The position numbers were made by a program, and so were the translations under genes. Shown piece by piece: positions 9,370 to 18,306 of a stretch of DNA of 64,000 nucleotides (the first letter of the stretch is position 1; every line of letters starts with the position of its first letter). The DNA lies in contig JBQLZK010000001.1 in the NCBI GenBank assembly GCA_052168235.1, forward strand, positions 1 to 64,000. The letters are read 5' to 3'. The stretch is from Thainema sp. (lineage in GTDB: Bacteria > Cyanobacteriota > Cyanobacteriia > Phormidesmidales > Phormidesmidaceae). The notes under the pieces are model-generated. The model ran no database searches. It worked only from the letters and a program-made list of their open reading frames with translations, and was not told the DNA's origin.

Positions 9370-10194
9370 ATGAACCGCCCAAATGTGCTTTCAATCGCTG
9401 AAAATCTTGTGCAATCGCCAACGAGTCCAGGGCTTGTCTTGCTTTCGGCTAGAGAATTAGACAAGATGCGACGTGTCGGACGACTGGCTGCGAATCTACT
9501 CAATCATCTTGAATCAATGGTGCAGCCTGGAGTGAGTACGCAAGCTTTAAATGATGAGGCGACACGTTGGATGCAAGCTCATGGTGCAGTTAGCGCTACA
9601 CTCGGTTACGCACCTCTTGGTTATCCCCCATTCACAGGTTCAATTTGCACCAGCATTAATGAAGTGGTTTGTCACGGCATTCCGAACCCAAAGCAAATCC
9701 TTAAAGACGGGGATATTATCAATATCGATGTGACGCCAATTTTAGATGGGTATCATGGCGACACGTCTAAAACATTCCTAGTTGGAAATGTATCAGCAGC
9801 AGCCCGAAAACTGGTTGAAGTCACTCACCAAGCAATGATGCAGGGAATTGCTGAAATTAAACCCGGTGCCAGAATTGGTGATATTGGTGCTGCAATTCAG
9901 GAATATGCTGAGGCAAATGGGTTTTCGGTTGTTCGAGAAATGGTGGGGCATGGGGTTGGCCGGCAGTTCCATACAGAGCCTCAGATTCCTCACTATGGCA
10001 AACGGGGTAGCGGGCTAAAGCTGCGTCCGGGCATGGTTTTCACGGTTGAACCGATGCTAAACGAAGGAGCGCGTACTCTCAAGTTTTTAGCGGATGGTTG
10101 GACTGTGATTACAAAAGACAAGAAGCTCTCAGCTCAGTTTGAGCACACCGTTGCTGTGACTGAGGAGGGAGTAGAAATTCTAACTCTTCCCTAA
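9370..10194 (+). CDS. map: Methionine aminopeptidase type I
   Basis: SINEVVCHGIP, DIINID, GYHGDTS, GHGVG, FTVEPM, SAQFEHT motifs. Confidence 0.96.
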   Translation: MNRPNVLSIAENLVQSPTSPGLVLLSARELDKMRRVGRLAANLLNHLESMVQPGVSTQALNDEATRWMQAHGAVSATLGYAPLGYPPFTGSICTSINEVVCHGIPNPKQILKDGDIINIDVTPILDGYHGDTSKTFLVGNVSAAARKLVEVTHQAMMQGIAEIKPGARIGDIGAAIQEYAEANGFSVVREMVGHGVGRQFHTEPQIPHYGKRGSGLKLRPGMVFTVEPMLNEGARTLKFLADGWTVITKDKKLSAQFEHTVAVTEEGVEILTLP

Positions 10195-10270
10195 ATTTTC
10201 ACGAATAATTTCCAAGACACAATGCCTTTAATTTATTTCTTGGTTGAGAGGCCCATGTGAATATATCCTT

Positions 10271-10321
10271 CAGTGCGATCCCTCAGTGCGATCCCTCAGT
10301 GCGATCCCTCGGTGCGATCGC
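10271..10321 (+). repeat. 13-bp tandem repeat (cagtgcgatccct x3) ending in a canonical HIP1
   Basis: Read directly: cagtgcgatccct x3, then cggtgcgatcgc. Confidence 0.9.
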
Positions 10322-10331
10322 ACTATTTAAA

Positions 10332-10583
10332 TCAACATTCGGCTAATTTTTCCTGAATCCAGGCTCGAATTAGATCAGCCTCATCCATTCCTTTTTGTGC
10401 CGCCAGCCGCTGTATCTGCTGGGCTTCTTCAATATCGAGCGACAGCATCATGATCGTGTCGCGCTCAAAAATGGTGTCTACAACAGGCTTCATTTCGGTT
10501 ATGAAGTCCACTAGGTCATGGTCTTCCCAAAATTCGGCTAGCCGATCGATCAGTTCGGACGGCGGTAGATCAAAATTGCTCAT
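10332..10583 (-). CDS. CopG/BrnA-type antitoxin
   Basis: LAEFWEDHDLVDF and LIRAWIQEKL pattern; ATGA overlap with the upstream toxin gene. Confidence 0.75.
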   Translation of the reverse strand: MSNFDLPPSELIDRLAEFWEDHDLVDFITEMKPVVDTIFERDTIMMLSLDIEEAQQIQRLAAQKGMDEADLIRAWIQEKLAEC

Positions 10584-10864
10584 GACTGCTTCCACTGCTG
10601 ATAGTATCGCCGCTCTTTTGAGGTCATCCGCCGCGCCATGATCGGATAGCCATCGCCATTAGCTAGCTGCAGGACGACGCAGAACAAATATCGTCCGGTA
10701 CGGGTTTGCCCCAGCGTATAAAAAATCGGATTATTGGTTTCGGTTCTGGCCTGCAAGGTCAAAGACTGCCCGAAGCAAACATCCTCTATCTCGTCGGTTC
10801 GCACACGATGATGGTTAATGCGATCGCAACAGTCTTTTGACCAAATCAGCTTGCGGATTTTCAT
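10580..10864 (-). CDS. BrnT-family (DUF497) ribonuclease toxin
   Basis: LIW...HxV..DEIEDV...LGQTRTGRYLFCV...ARRMTSKERRYY. Confidence 0.8.
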   Translation of the reverse strand: MKIRKLIWSKDCCDRINHHRVRTDEIEDVCFGQSLTLQARTETNNPIFYTLGQTRTGRYLFCVVLQLANGDGYPIMARRMTSKERRYYQQWKQS

Positions 10865-11511
10865 ATTTCATTACGATAGGCGATTACCGCATAAAACGGA
10901 TCACCGACAGGAACACCGACGAGCTGCAGGATAGCAGGTAAATCAGAGGTTTTAGCGATCACTTCCGGTGGGCCAAATCCAGGAACAGATTGGAAGTAGC
11001 GTTTGACCAGTTCAATGTGATCGCGATCGGAACTATCGCGCCACGCCTGAATCGCTTTCTGGTAGAACATGCGGTTAGAGAAGCTGACGATGGCGACGCC
11101 GCCCGGTTTCAGAACGCGGGCAATTTCGGCGAATACGGCCTCCGGCTGCTGGAGATACTGCACCGACACCGCAATTAGCACTGCATCAAATGAAGCATCC
11201 GGCAGCGGTAACTGCTGATTTTGGTTTAGGTTCTGAACAAAGAAGTGGTCAAGCTGGGGATTCCGCGCTAGTTCTTGGGGATTGAGGCCATGTCCTTCCA
11301 CATGCTCATACTCAACATCCTCTGGCAAGTGGGACACCCAACTGCTCATTAAGTCCAGCACACGGCTATGAGCCAAAATGCGATCGCGATATAAATCTGT
11401 GAGCTGTTGAATAAAACCTTCATCTACATGGGTGACAAAGCGGGGCGCTTCGTAAAACAGCGCATCATCGGTTTCATCTAGCTTTTGGCGTTGCTCAGAC
11501 GGAAGCAGCAT
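10861..11511 (-). CDS. Class I SAM-dependent methyltransferase
   Basis: FYEAPRFVTHVD, VLDLMSSWVSHLP, SFDAV, RVLKPGG, FSNRMF. Confidence 0.9.
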   Translation of the reverse strand: MLLPSEQRQKLDETDDALFYEAPRFVTHVDEGFIQQLTDLYRDRILAHSRVLDLMSSWVSHLPEDVEYEHVEGHGLNPQELARNPQLDHFFVQNLNQNQQLPLPDASFDAVLIAVSVQYLQQPEAVFAEIARVLKPGGVAIVSFSNRMFYQKAIQAWRDSSDRDHIELVKRYFQSVPGFGPPEVIAKTSDLPAILQLVGVPVGDPFYAVIAYRNEI

Positions 11512-11581
11512 GGTTCACTCGGCAGTACAATTCTTCCCACCCATTTTAAAGTGTGTTGCAGATTGTAAAACCTACTTGTCT

Positions 11582-14059
11582 TTACTCGTCCTCTAACTGC
11601 CTCAGTGTCGTAAATCCGAACTTTGCCAAAAATTCCTGTCCTTCCGTAGTCTTCAGCAGCTCGGCAAACTTAGCTCCGGCTTCAGGCCGACTGTTATCCC
11701 GCTGATAGATCACCGTCACTGGATAGGCCAATGGATATGTTCCTTGACGAATCAGCTCCGCATTTGGCTGATAGCTGCCCTTGCGATCGCACAAATCCAA
11801 ATTGGGCGTAATTGGCTCTCCGGCAAACTCTAAAAGCTGCGCCTCTGCCCGTCGCGGCCAGTCCAGCGCCAGCGGGTACACCGAACATTGGCCAAATACT
11901 AAACTCAGCGGCGCGAAGCCGACTGCCCCTGTCTGCCGGATTTCAAAATCGCGCAGAATCGAGCGCAGCATCGGGATGGTTTTTAGTGACTGGATCTCCC
12001 CATCGCCTAGGTTGCGGAAGGTGTCAATATTGCGATCGCTGCGTAACACCAACTGCTCAAACATCGCGGCTGAGGCTGAATCGAACGGGCGATAAAGCGA
12101 AACAGGCAAATCTGCGCGGCTAAACTCGTCCCAGTTTCTTACCTGATCTGTATAAAGCTGCTGGAGCTGCTGAAGCGTAATTTCACCATTTAAAGCTTTG
12201 GGTAAACTTTGCGATCGCTTGGGATAGTTAAACGCCACCAGCATCGCCAACCCATCGTGGGCAAACACTTCTGCGGCTGTATCGGGTGGCAAATCGGCCA
12301 GTCGAGGCAAGATGGCAAAATCGACTGCACCGGATATCACTTGATCAACTGCTGCCGTGACCGATGCCGATGATCGATAAGTCAGTTGAAAATCCGGCTG
12401 ATCAAACTGTAGCTGCTGCATCAGTGTAGGATTTTCAGGCAGCGTTGGTTCAGCCGCTTCGTCTGCCGATTCCGCATTCGGCGCATCCGCAGATGCGATA
12501 AAACTGGATTCACCCAGCGGTGCTAGCCCAGTCGAATCGCTCCCCGATCCAGTTAGCGCTGCCGCATCTGCTGCCGCTTTCTCCAGGTTGAGCCGCACCA
12601 GTTGATTCCAAGGGTCATCGTCAACGCTGGTGTAGCGGAATTCACCCTTTGGCACTGCACCCACTTCTTCAAAACAGCAAATCGGCGGCGCTTCATCTGC
12701 AATGGTGACCGCTCGGGGCCGGATGAGCAGCCAGATCAACCCAGCCAGCAGCGCTAAAACCAGTAAGCTAATTCCGGCAATGACCCCACGTCGTAACCAA
12801 GTCCGTGACTTGGGCACTAACCGCTCTGCCGGAGCAGCAAACTCGTTCTCCATCATTGCAGGCGGAATTCGCAGCAGTGCAGCCCGCGCCACTTCGGCAT
12901 TTTCAAACGGCACTTCTATGCCGAGTAACCGCAAGATGAACTGCTTCAGCGCAGGCGGCGTCAATTCCGGCCAGTGAACATCCAGACGAGGGCTGAGCGG
13001 CTGATACTGCTCGTTCACCGTTGTTCCCGTCAGCGTATAGAACGCCACCTGGCCCAGATGAATCAGGTCGTCCTGAACTGTCGTCTGCGTGTGCGTGGTG
13101 TGCGTCGGGTTAAATAAAAACTCCCACAGCGCCACATCGGTTAAATAAACAAATGGATGCTCTCCCTGTTCCACCCAGAGCAGACTGTCCAGCCGGATGT
13201 TGCCATGTACCATACCTGTCTGCACCTGCCCCAGCGGCAGGGCAAACTTTTGCTGGTGTAAAAAGGCGAGGCTTTGCAGCGTTTGATTGAGCAACTGATA
13301 CACCGAGACGGGACTAAAGGCTCCCTGCAAAAGCTGCTGATTCAGGGTGGGATGCTGATCGGTGGCGCTAGTGATTAAATAGCAGCGTTCCTGTTCCGGA
13401 TCTGCGATCGCTTCTATCGGTGCAATTACGCGTGAATCCTGAAAACGGCCATCCGCTAGGGTTAGGCCTGCCAAGCTAATGAATAACTGCTGACGCTGGT
13501 GCTGGTGCTGGCTGTTGAAATACTTGGTGGGCAGCAGATATTCCTTAATGGTGACGGGAACTTCTGCACCCTCCTGCATAGCGGCGTAAAGCCGTCCCCA
13601 GCCGCGCCGCCCCAGGCAGGCTCCAACTCGATACACCCCGCGCCGTCCCACAATCTTGCGCTCAGGGAGTAATGTGCCTGGAAATCCACAGAGAGAACAG
13701 GCCGGAATATTCAGGATATTCGTTGTCGATTCTGGACGATCCCATTGCTGATCCGATAGAGTTGTGCCGTAGAGAGGACGAGCGCAGTTGAGCGGATCAC
13801 GCTGGTCGCAGCGGTATTGGTGATAGTAGGACGGTGGCGGCTGAATACCGTGGGTAGCAATAATGGTTGGCTGGCCCAGGGGTTGTACCTGAATCTCCTC
13901 ATCCGCATCGGCAGGAATCACCTCTGGCCGAATCTCCTGCAAAACTGATTTGAACCACTGACGGTTAAGCAAACGCTGATATTTCACCATCCGTACTGGT
14001 ACCGGATAGCGCAATAAATACCGTTTGAGGATGTAGCGCGGAATTGATCGCAGAACCAC
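11582..14059 (-). CDS. Cys-rich prefix + degenerate Ser/Thr kinase + TM helix + PstS-like (PBP) domain
   Basis: CxxCGFP, GRRGWGRLY, VTIKEY, HGNIRLDSLL, TM segment GVIAGISLLVLALLAGLIWLLI, then AHDGLAMLV...YPLAYP PBP motifs. True start uncertain. Confidence 0.8.
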   Translation of the reverse strand: MVLRSIPRYILKRYLLRYPVPVRMVKYQRLLNRQWFKSVLQEIRPEVIPADADEEIQVQPLGQPTIIATHGIQPPPSYYHQYRCDQRDPLNCARPLYGTTLSDQQWDRPESTTNILNIPACSLCGFPGTLLPERKIVGRRGVYRVGACLGRRGWGRLYAAMQEGAEVPVTIKEYLLPTKYFNSQHQHQRQQLFISLAGLTLADGRFQDSRVIAPIEAIADPEQERCYLITSATDQHPTLNQQLLQGAFSPVSVYQLLNQTLQSLAFLHQQKFALPLGQVQTGMVHGNIRLDSLLWVEQGEHPFVYLTDVALWEFLFNPTHTTHTQTTVQDDLIHLGQVAFYTLTGTTVNEQYQPLSPRLDVHWPELTPPALKQFILRLLGIEVPFENAEVARAALLRIPPAMMENEFAAPAERLVPKSRTWLRRGVIAGISLLVLALLAGLIWLLIRPRAVTIADEAPPICCFEEVGAVPKGEFRYTSVDDDPWNQLVRLNLEKAAADAAALTGSGSDSTGLAPLGESSFIASADAPNAESADEAAEPTLPENPTLMQQLQFDQPDFQLTYRSSASVTAAVDQVISGAVDFAILPRLADLPPDTAAEVFAHDGLAMLVAFNYPKRSQSLPKALNGEITLQQLQQLYTDQVRNWDEFSRADLPVSLYRPFDSASAAMFEQLVLRSDRNIDTFRNLGDGEIQSLKTIPMLRSILRDFEIRQTGAVGFAPLSLVFGQCSVYPLALDWPRRAEAQLLEFAGEPITPNLDLCDRKGSYQPNAELIRQGTYPLAYPVTVIYQRDNSRPEAGAKFAELLKTTEGQEFLAKFGFTTLRQLEDE

Positions 14060-14390
14060 TATATCTGACCTCTATGCTGTCTGGAAAACCAAGCAAGACC
14101 GACGATGCTTCCATCCTAAAATTCAGTCATTTCTTTGAGTAAAAAACTTAAGAAAGTGTCTAAATAAAAATCTAAAAACAATCTAATAAATGCTCAATAT
14201 TAGACCAATGGCTAATTGCGATCGCACATCCTATTCCTTGATCAATTCATATTGCGCAGAATCTCTGAAGCTCATATAGGGCAAAGCTTTTATCCCTGCC
14301 ACAATTTTGTAGATAAATATTGCAAGAGTTGTATTTTTCTGTGAATTGAGGCCAAGCTTTTAGTTGAAAACAGTAGGCTGAATCTAGTTC

Positions 14391-14496
14391 AAAATAGCCG
14401 CATGTAAATAAATGCATAATCTAAAAAACCGGGGGAGCGCCCCGGCGGGGCGCTCCCCCGGTTTTTTAGATACGTTTATTTATGCCAACCTACTAA
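14391..14496. mobile_element. ~106-bp element with imperfect terminal IR and a 25-bp perfect hairpin
   Basis: Ends aaaatagccgcatgtaaataaatg / cgtttatttatgccaacctactaa pair at TAG and TAAATAAA. Perfect IR at 14419-14443 / 14447-14471. Confidence 0.55.
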
Positions 14497-14524
14497 TCTC
14501 TATTGACCTACGTGAGGTTTATAC

Positions 14525-14734
14525 ATGGCAAGGGATCAAGTTGTTCGCTTATTTCGGGATGTTCAAATCGATCCAGCGCTCAAAAAGCAGCTCAATGCAT
14601 CGGCTACGGTTGATGATTTTGTGGCGATGGCAAAAGGTTTTGGCTATCACTTTACCGTTGAGGAATGGCGCGAATCAATTCGGTTTTCCGTCGAAGAACC
14701 TGAGTGCAAAATGTCGGAAATTCCAGGAATTTAA
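14525..14734 (+). CDS. Nif11-like leader peptide family protein
   Basis: VVRLFRDVQIDPALKKQL...FVAMAKGFGYHFTVEE pattern; GAGG RBS. Confidence 0.8.
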   Translation: MARDQVVRLFRDVQIDPALKKQLNASATVDDFVAMAKGFGYHFTVEEWRESIRFSVEEPECKMSEIPGI

Positions 14735-14751
14735 CATCAAATTTTTCCAAA

Positions 14752-14790
14752 CCCCCATAGCCTATGTGCGGCGCGCCCAGGCTATGGGGG
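14752..14790. terminator. Hairpin between convergent genes
   Basis: cccccatagcct / aggctatggggg. Confidence 0.55.
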
Positions 14791-14793
14791 GTT

Positions 14794-15498
14794 CTAATTC
14801 TCTAGCGGTGCAACCGATCCGGCCACGCAGTCATCCAACCAAAGTCGAATTGCCTGCGCGATCGCACCATTGGTGGCATTTTCGGGTGCGGTGGGGGGTT
14901 GACCATTAGGATAGCCGCCCCAGCTTGAAAAGAGCTGCGACAAATACCAGCGTTCGTCCGTGCGCGCCAAGAACAGCCAGTGAAACTCTTGAATCTCCTC
15001 GGTTTCGCCTGCTCGCAGGTACTGCCGCTCCAGCGTCGTGAAAAAGACCTGCTCTGGCGCTCCCGCTTCTGGTTCGGCATCGTCGGGCGACTTGATGGGT
15101 TGATAAATTCCTGGCCCCAGCGTCAGCGGATCAAACTCTGGAATGCCTGCAATGATCACGATTCCGGGCTGTCGAACATCCAGATAGGTCGGCTGCTCAG
15201 GGTCAAGTCGAATATCTTCAAGTAAATCACCCGGACTGCGACCATAAGCCCGCAGCAGCACGCGGTTCGTATAGGCAGGCAAATCCCGCAGCAGCATCTG
15301 CGTCAGCGGCTCAACCTCTTCTGGACAAGCTTGATTCGGCCAAATATAGTCTTCCTCGGCCTGAGCAGGAACTGCGATCGCAGTTCCCATCAGTACAGAC
15401 ACAGCAGTTGCGATCGCAACCCTGCCAGCACCACCTAACCGCATCAAACTTGGGCATTGACCCGAATTGGGCTGCAGGGTGGGATAAATCCAGCGCAT
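14794..15498 (-). CDS. Conserved cyanobacterial exported hypothetical protein
   Basis: Signal-like segment ending AVPAQA; MLLRDLPAYTNRV, QVFFTTLERQY, AIAQAIRLWLDDC. Confidence 0.75.
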   Translation of the reverse strand: MRWIYPTLQPNSGQCPSLMRLGGAGRVAIATAVSVLMGTAIAVPAQAEEDYIWPNQACPEEVEPLTQMLLRDLPAYTNRVLLRAYGRSPGDLLEDIRLDPEQPTYLDVRQPGIVIIAGIPEFDPLTLGPGIYQPIKSPDDAEPEAGAPEQVFFTTLERQYLRAGETEEIQEFHWLFLARTDERWYLSQLFSSWGGYPNGQPPTAPENATNGAIAQAIRLWLDDCVAGSVAPLEN

Positions 15499-15508
15499 AG
15501 GACAAGCG

Positions 15509-16828
15509 TTAAAGCTCAGTTTGCTGATCGACCTTCGATTGAGTTCTCAACCGGACTGAATCGGCATGGGACGTCAAGCCTTCAGCCTCGGCCAGTACTT
15601 CAACCGAGCGAGCAACCGACTGGAGTGCTTCTGGCGAATACTGAATTAAGCTGGAGTGCTTCATAAACGTTTCAACACCCAAAGCTGATGCATACCTCGC
15701 CGCACCGGAGGTCGGCAGCGTGTGGTTGGGGCCAGCTAGATAGTCCCCGATGGCTTCCGGTGTGGAGTGACCCAGGAAGATCGCTCCGGCATGGCGAATT
15801 GACTCAACCAAATCCCACGGCTCAGCCACTTCCAGTTCTAAGTGCTCAGGGGCAAACTCATTAGATAACCCTGCCGCTGCTTCTAGCGAATCCACCACAA
15901 TCGCTAGACCATAATGTGCGATCGCTTTTTCGGTCAGGATGCGCCGGGGATGATTGACCAACTGCTGCTCAACCTCAGCTACGACCTGGAGCGCTAAAGT
16001 TTGATCGGTCGTGATCAGAATTGCCGCCGCTAAGGGATCATGTTCGGCCTGGGCCAGCATGTCTGCGGCTACATGTATGGGATTCGCTGTTGAATCGGCA
16101 ATAATCAAGACTTCAGACGGCCCTGCTAGCGAATCAATCCCAACAACGCCATATACCAGCTTCTTGGCCAGCGTCACGTAGATATTTCCTGGCCCGGTGA
16201 TTACGTTGACGTTGGGGATCGTTTCCGTCCCGTAGGCCAGTGCGCCAATTGCCTGTGCGCCACCGACCCGATAGATTTCGCTGATTCCCGCTTCTTGGGC
16301 TGCAACCAGTACCGCTGGATTAACCGCTTTGCCTTCACCTGGCGGTGTCATCATCACGATTTGCGGTACGCCTGCCACCTTAGCGGGCACCGCATTCATC
16401 AAAACCGTACTGGGATAGGCCGCTCGTCCACCGGGAACATAGATACCAGCCCGATCAACCGGAGTGTAGCGCTTGCCCAGCACTACGTTTTGGTCATGGA
16501 ACTGCACCCAGCTTTTGGGCGCACGCTGGCGGTGAAATTCTTCAATGTTGTGGCGAGCCAGCCGAATCGCATCCAGCAGTTCTTTGGAAACTTGCTGATA
16601 GGCCGCCTCTAGCTCAGAACCGCTGACGCGTAGTTCATCAGCCGTGAGCGTTTGCCGATCAAATTCCGCCGTATAGTGTAGAACCGCTTTGTCGCCTTGC
16701 CGCTGGACGGCCTGAAGCACTTCTCGAACGGTGGACTCTTTGTGGAAGACTTGGTCTGTATGAGTGCGATCGCAGATTCGTCGCAACTCAGTTTGTGCCT
16801 CAGTGTGCTGGTTGATAATTCGCAGCAT
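15509..16828 (-). CDS. hisD: Histidinol dehydrogenase
   Basis: YVPGGRAAYPSTVLM, GPGNIYV, AGPSE, AQAEHD, APEHL, GDYLAGPNHTLPT. Confidence 0.98.
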   Translation of the reverse strand: MLRIINQHTEAQTELRRICDRTHTDQVFHKESTVREVLQAVQRQGDKAVLHYTAEFDRQTLTADELRVSGSELEAAYQQVSKELLDAIRLARHNIEEFHRQRAPKSWVQFHDQNVVLGKRYTPVDRAGIYVPGGRAAYPSTVLMNAVPAKVAGVPQIVMMTPPGEGKAVNPAVLVAAQEAGISEIYRVGGAQAIGALAYGTETIPNVNVITGPGNIYVTLAKKLVYGVVGIDSLAGPSEVLIIADSTANPIHVAADMLAQAEHDPLAAAILITTDQTLALQVVAEVEQQLVNHPRRILTEKAIAHYGLAIVVDSLEAAAGLSNEFAPEHLELEVAEPWDLVESIRHAGAIFLGHSTPEAIGDYLAGPNHTLPTSGAARYASALGVETFMKHSSLIQYSPEALQSVARSVEVLAEAEGLTSHADSVRLRTQSKVDQQTEL

Positions 16829-17156
16829 TGCAGCCTTGGGTCTCAGAACGATGCTAACTCAGTGGATTCGCTTGAAAACAAGCTCAAGACTATATTAGCG
16901 GTTTCGCTGCTAAGCTGCCGCCATCCATCTACGGAAATTGCATCTGCGTTTCATCACTTACGCCAATATTTGCTGGCAGTACTCTGACAAACCCGCTAGC
17001 AACACGCTGGCAATATTTACGGCAATTGGCTCAGTTGTGAAGTCATGCTGCGATTTCGGATAGGGCCAAAAGCCATCTTCTAGACTGGAGCTAAGAGACT
17101 TTTACGATTCACGTACTGTTCACGCATCGCTCACGCACTTAAAACTTGAACGCTTC

Positions 17157-18191
17157 ATGAAAGTTCTGTTCCACGTTATCCGTCAGACGCAGTCTTCAGC
17201 TCCACGCCGCCAAACCTACGAGCTGGAGACCGATCCCAGCGTTACCATCTTGGACTGCCTGAATCAGATTAAATGGCAGCAGGACGGTAGCCTCGCCTTT
17301 CGCAAAAACTGTCGCAACACCATTTGTGGCAGCTGCGGTATGAAAATCAACGGTCGCTCGACCCTAGCCTGTAAGCAAAACGTCGGCCAGGAAATTGAGC
17401 GATTTCACCTTCAGCAGGAAGCATTTAGCGGATCTCCAACGAAAGACCAACCACCGGAAATCACGATTGCACCGATGGGCAATATGCCCGTGATTAAAGA
17501 TCTGATCGTGGACATGGCTCATTTTTGGGACAACCTGAAAGCGATTGATCCCTACGTCAGCACCAAATCGCGCCGCGTCCCAGAACGCGAGTTTCTGCAA
17601 ACCCCAGCCGAACGCGAAAAGCTGGAACAATCCGGCAACTGCATTCTCTGCGGAGCCTGTTACTCCGAATGCAACGCCGAGGAAGTTAACCCCGGCTTTG
17701 TTGGCCCCCATGCTCTGGCCAAAGCCTACCGGATGGTGGCCGATTCACGGGATGACCGCACCGAAGAGCGGGTTGAATTGTATAACGAAGGGACAAAAGG
17801 CGTTTGGGGCTGTACTCGCTGCCAGTTCTGCAATAGCGTTTGCCCGATGGACGTTGAGCCAATGGACAAAATCGGCAAAATCAAAGGCGAAATCCTCGAC
17901 CGCAAAGACGACCAAGACAGCCGCTCCGTCCGTCATCGCAAGGTGCTGATCGATCTCGTCAAACAAGGCGGCTGGATTGACGAGCGCCGCTTCGGTCTGC
18001 GTGTCGTCGGCAACTCCTTCCGCGATTTATCCGGTCTAGTCAGCTTAGGGCCACTGGGTTTACGAATGCTGGCACGGGGCAAATTCCCCCTCACCTTTGA
18101 GCCATCGGAAGGAACTGAAGAAGTGCGATCGCTAATTGAAGCTGTCCAAGCCACCGAGGCCCAATCAAGTGGTCATCACGATAACCGTTAG
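17157..18191 (+). CDS. sdhB: Succinate dehydrogenase/fumarate reductase Fe-S subunit
   Basis: CRNTICGSC...C, CILCGACYSEC, CTRCQFCNSVCP. Confidence 0.95.
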   Translation: MKVLFHVIRQTQSSAPRRQTYELETDPSVTILDCLNQIKWQQDGSLAFRKNCRNTICGSCGMKINGRSTLACKQNVGQEIERFHLQQEAFSGSPTKDQPPEITIAPMGNMPVIKDLIVDMAHFWDNLKAIDPYVSTKSRRVPEREFLQTPAEREKLEQSGNCILCGACYSECNAEEVNPGFVGPHALAKAYRMVADSRDDRTEERVELYNEGTKGVWGCTRCQFCNSVCPMDVEPMDKIGKIKGEILDRKDDQDSRSVRHRKVLIDLVKQGGWIDERRFGLRVVGNSFRDLSGLVSLGPLGLRMLARGKFPLTFEPSEGTEEVRSLIEAVQATEAQSSGHHDNR

Positions 18192-18205
18192 TAGCGTCTA
18201 AATAT

Positions 18206-18295
18206 TAGACTTTATCGGAAATTGTTTTGTAGCGCGGCGAAGCCGCGCTACAAAACAATTTCCAACCCCAAAAACTTTATTTCCAATAAAGTCTA
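18206..18295. mobile_element. 90-bp MITE-like element, copy 1
   Basis: TIR tagactttatcggaaat / atttccaataaagtcta (16/17). Internal hairpin ggaaattgttttgtagcgcggc-gaa-gccgcgctacaaaacaatttcc. A second copy lies at 61523. Confidence 0.8.
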
Positions 18296-18306
18296 TTGAT
18301 CAAGTT

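Noticed and set aside
14412..14909. 165-aa ORF spanning the Nif11 gene
   Set aside because: It runs through a hairpin element and overlaps two better-supported genes.
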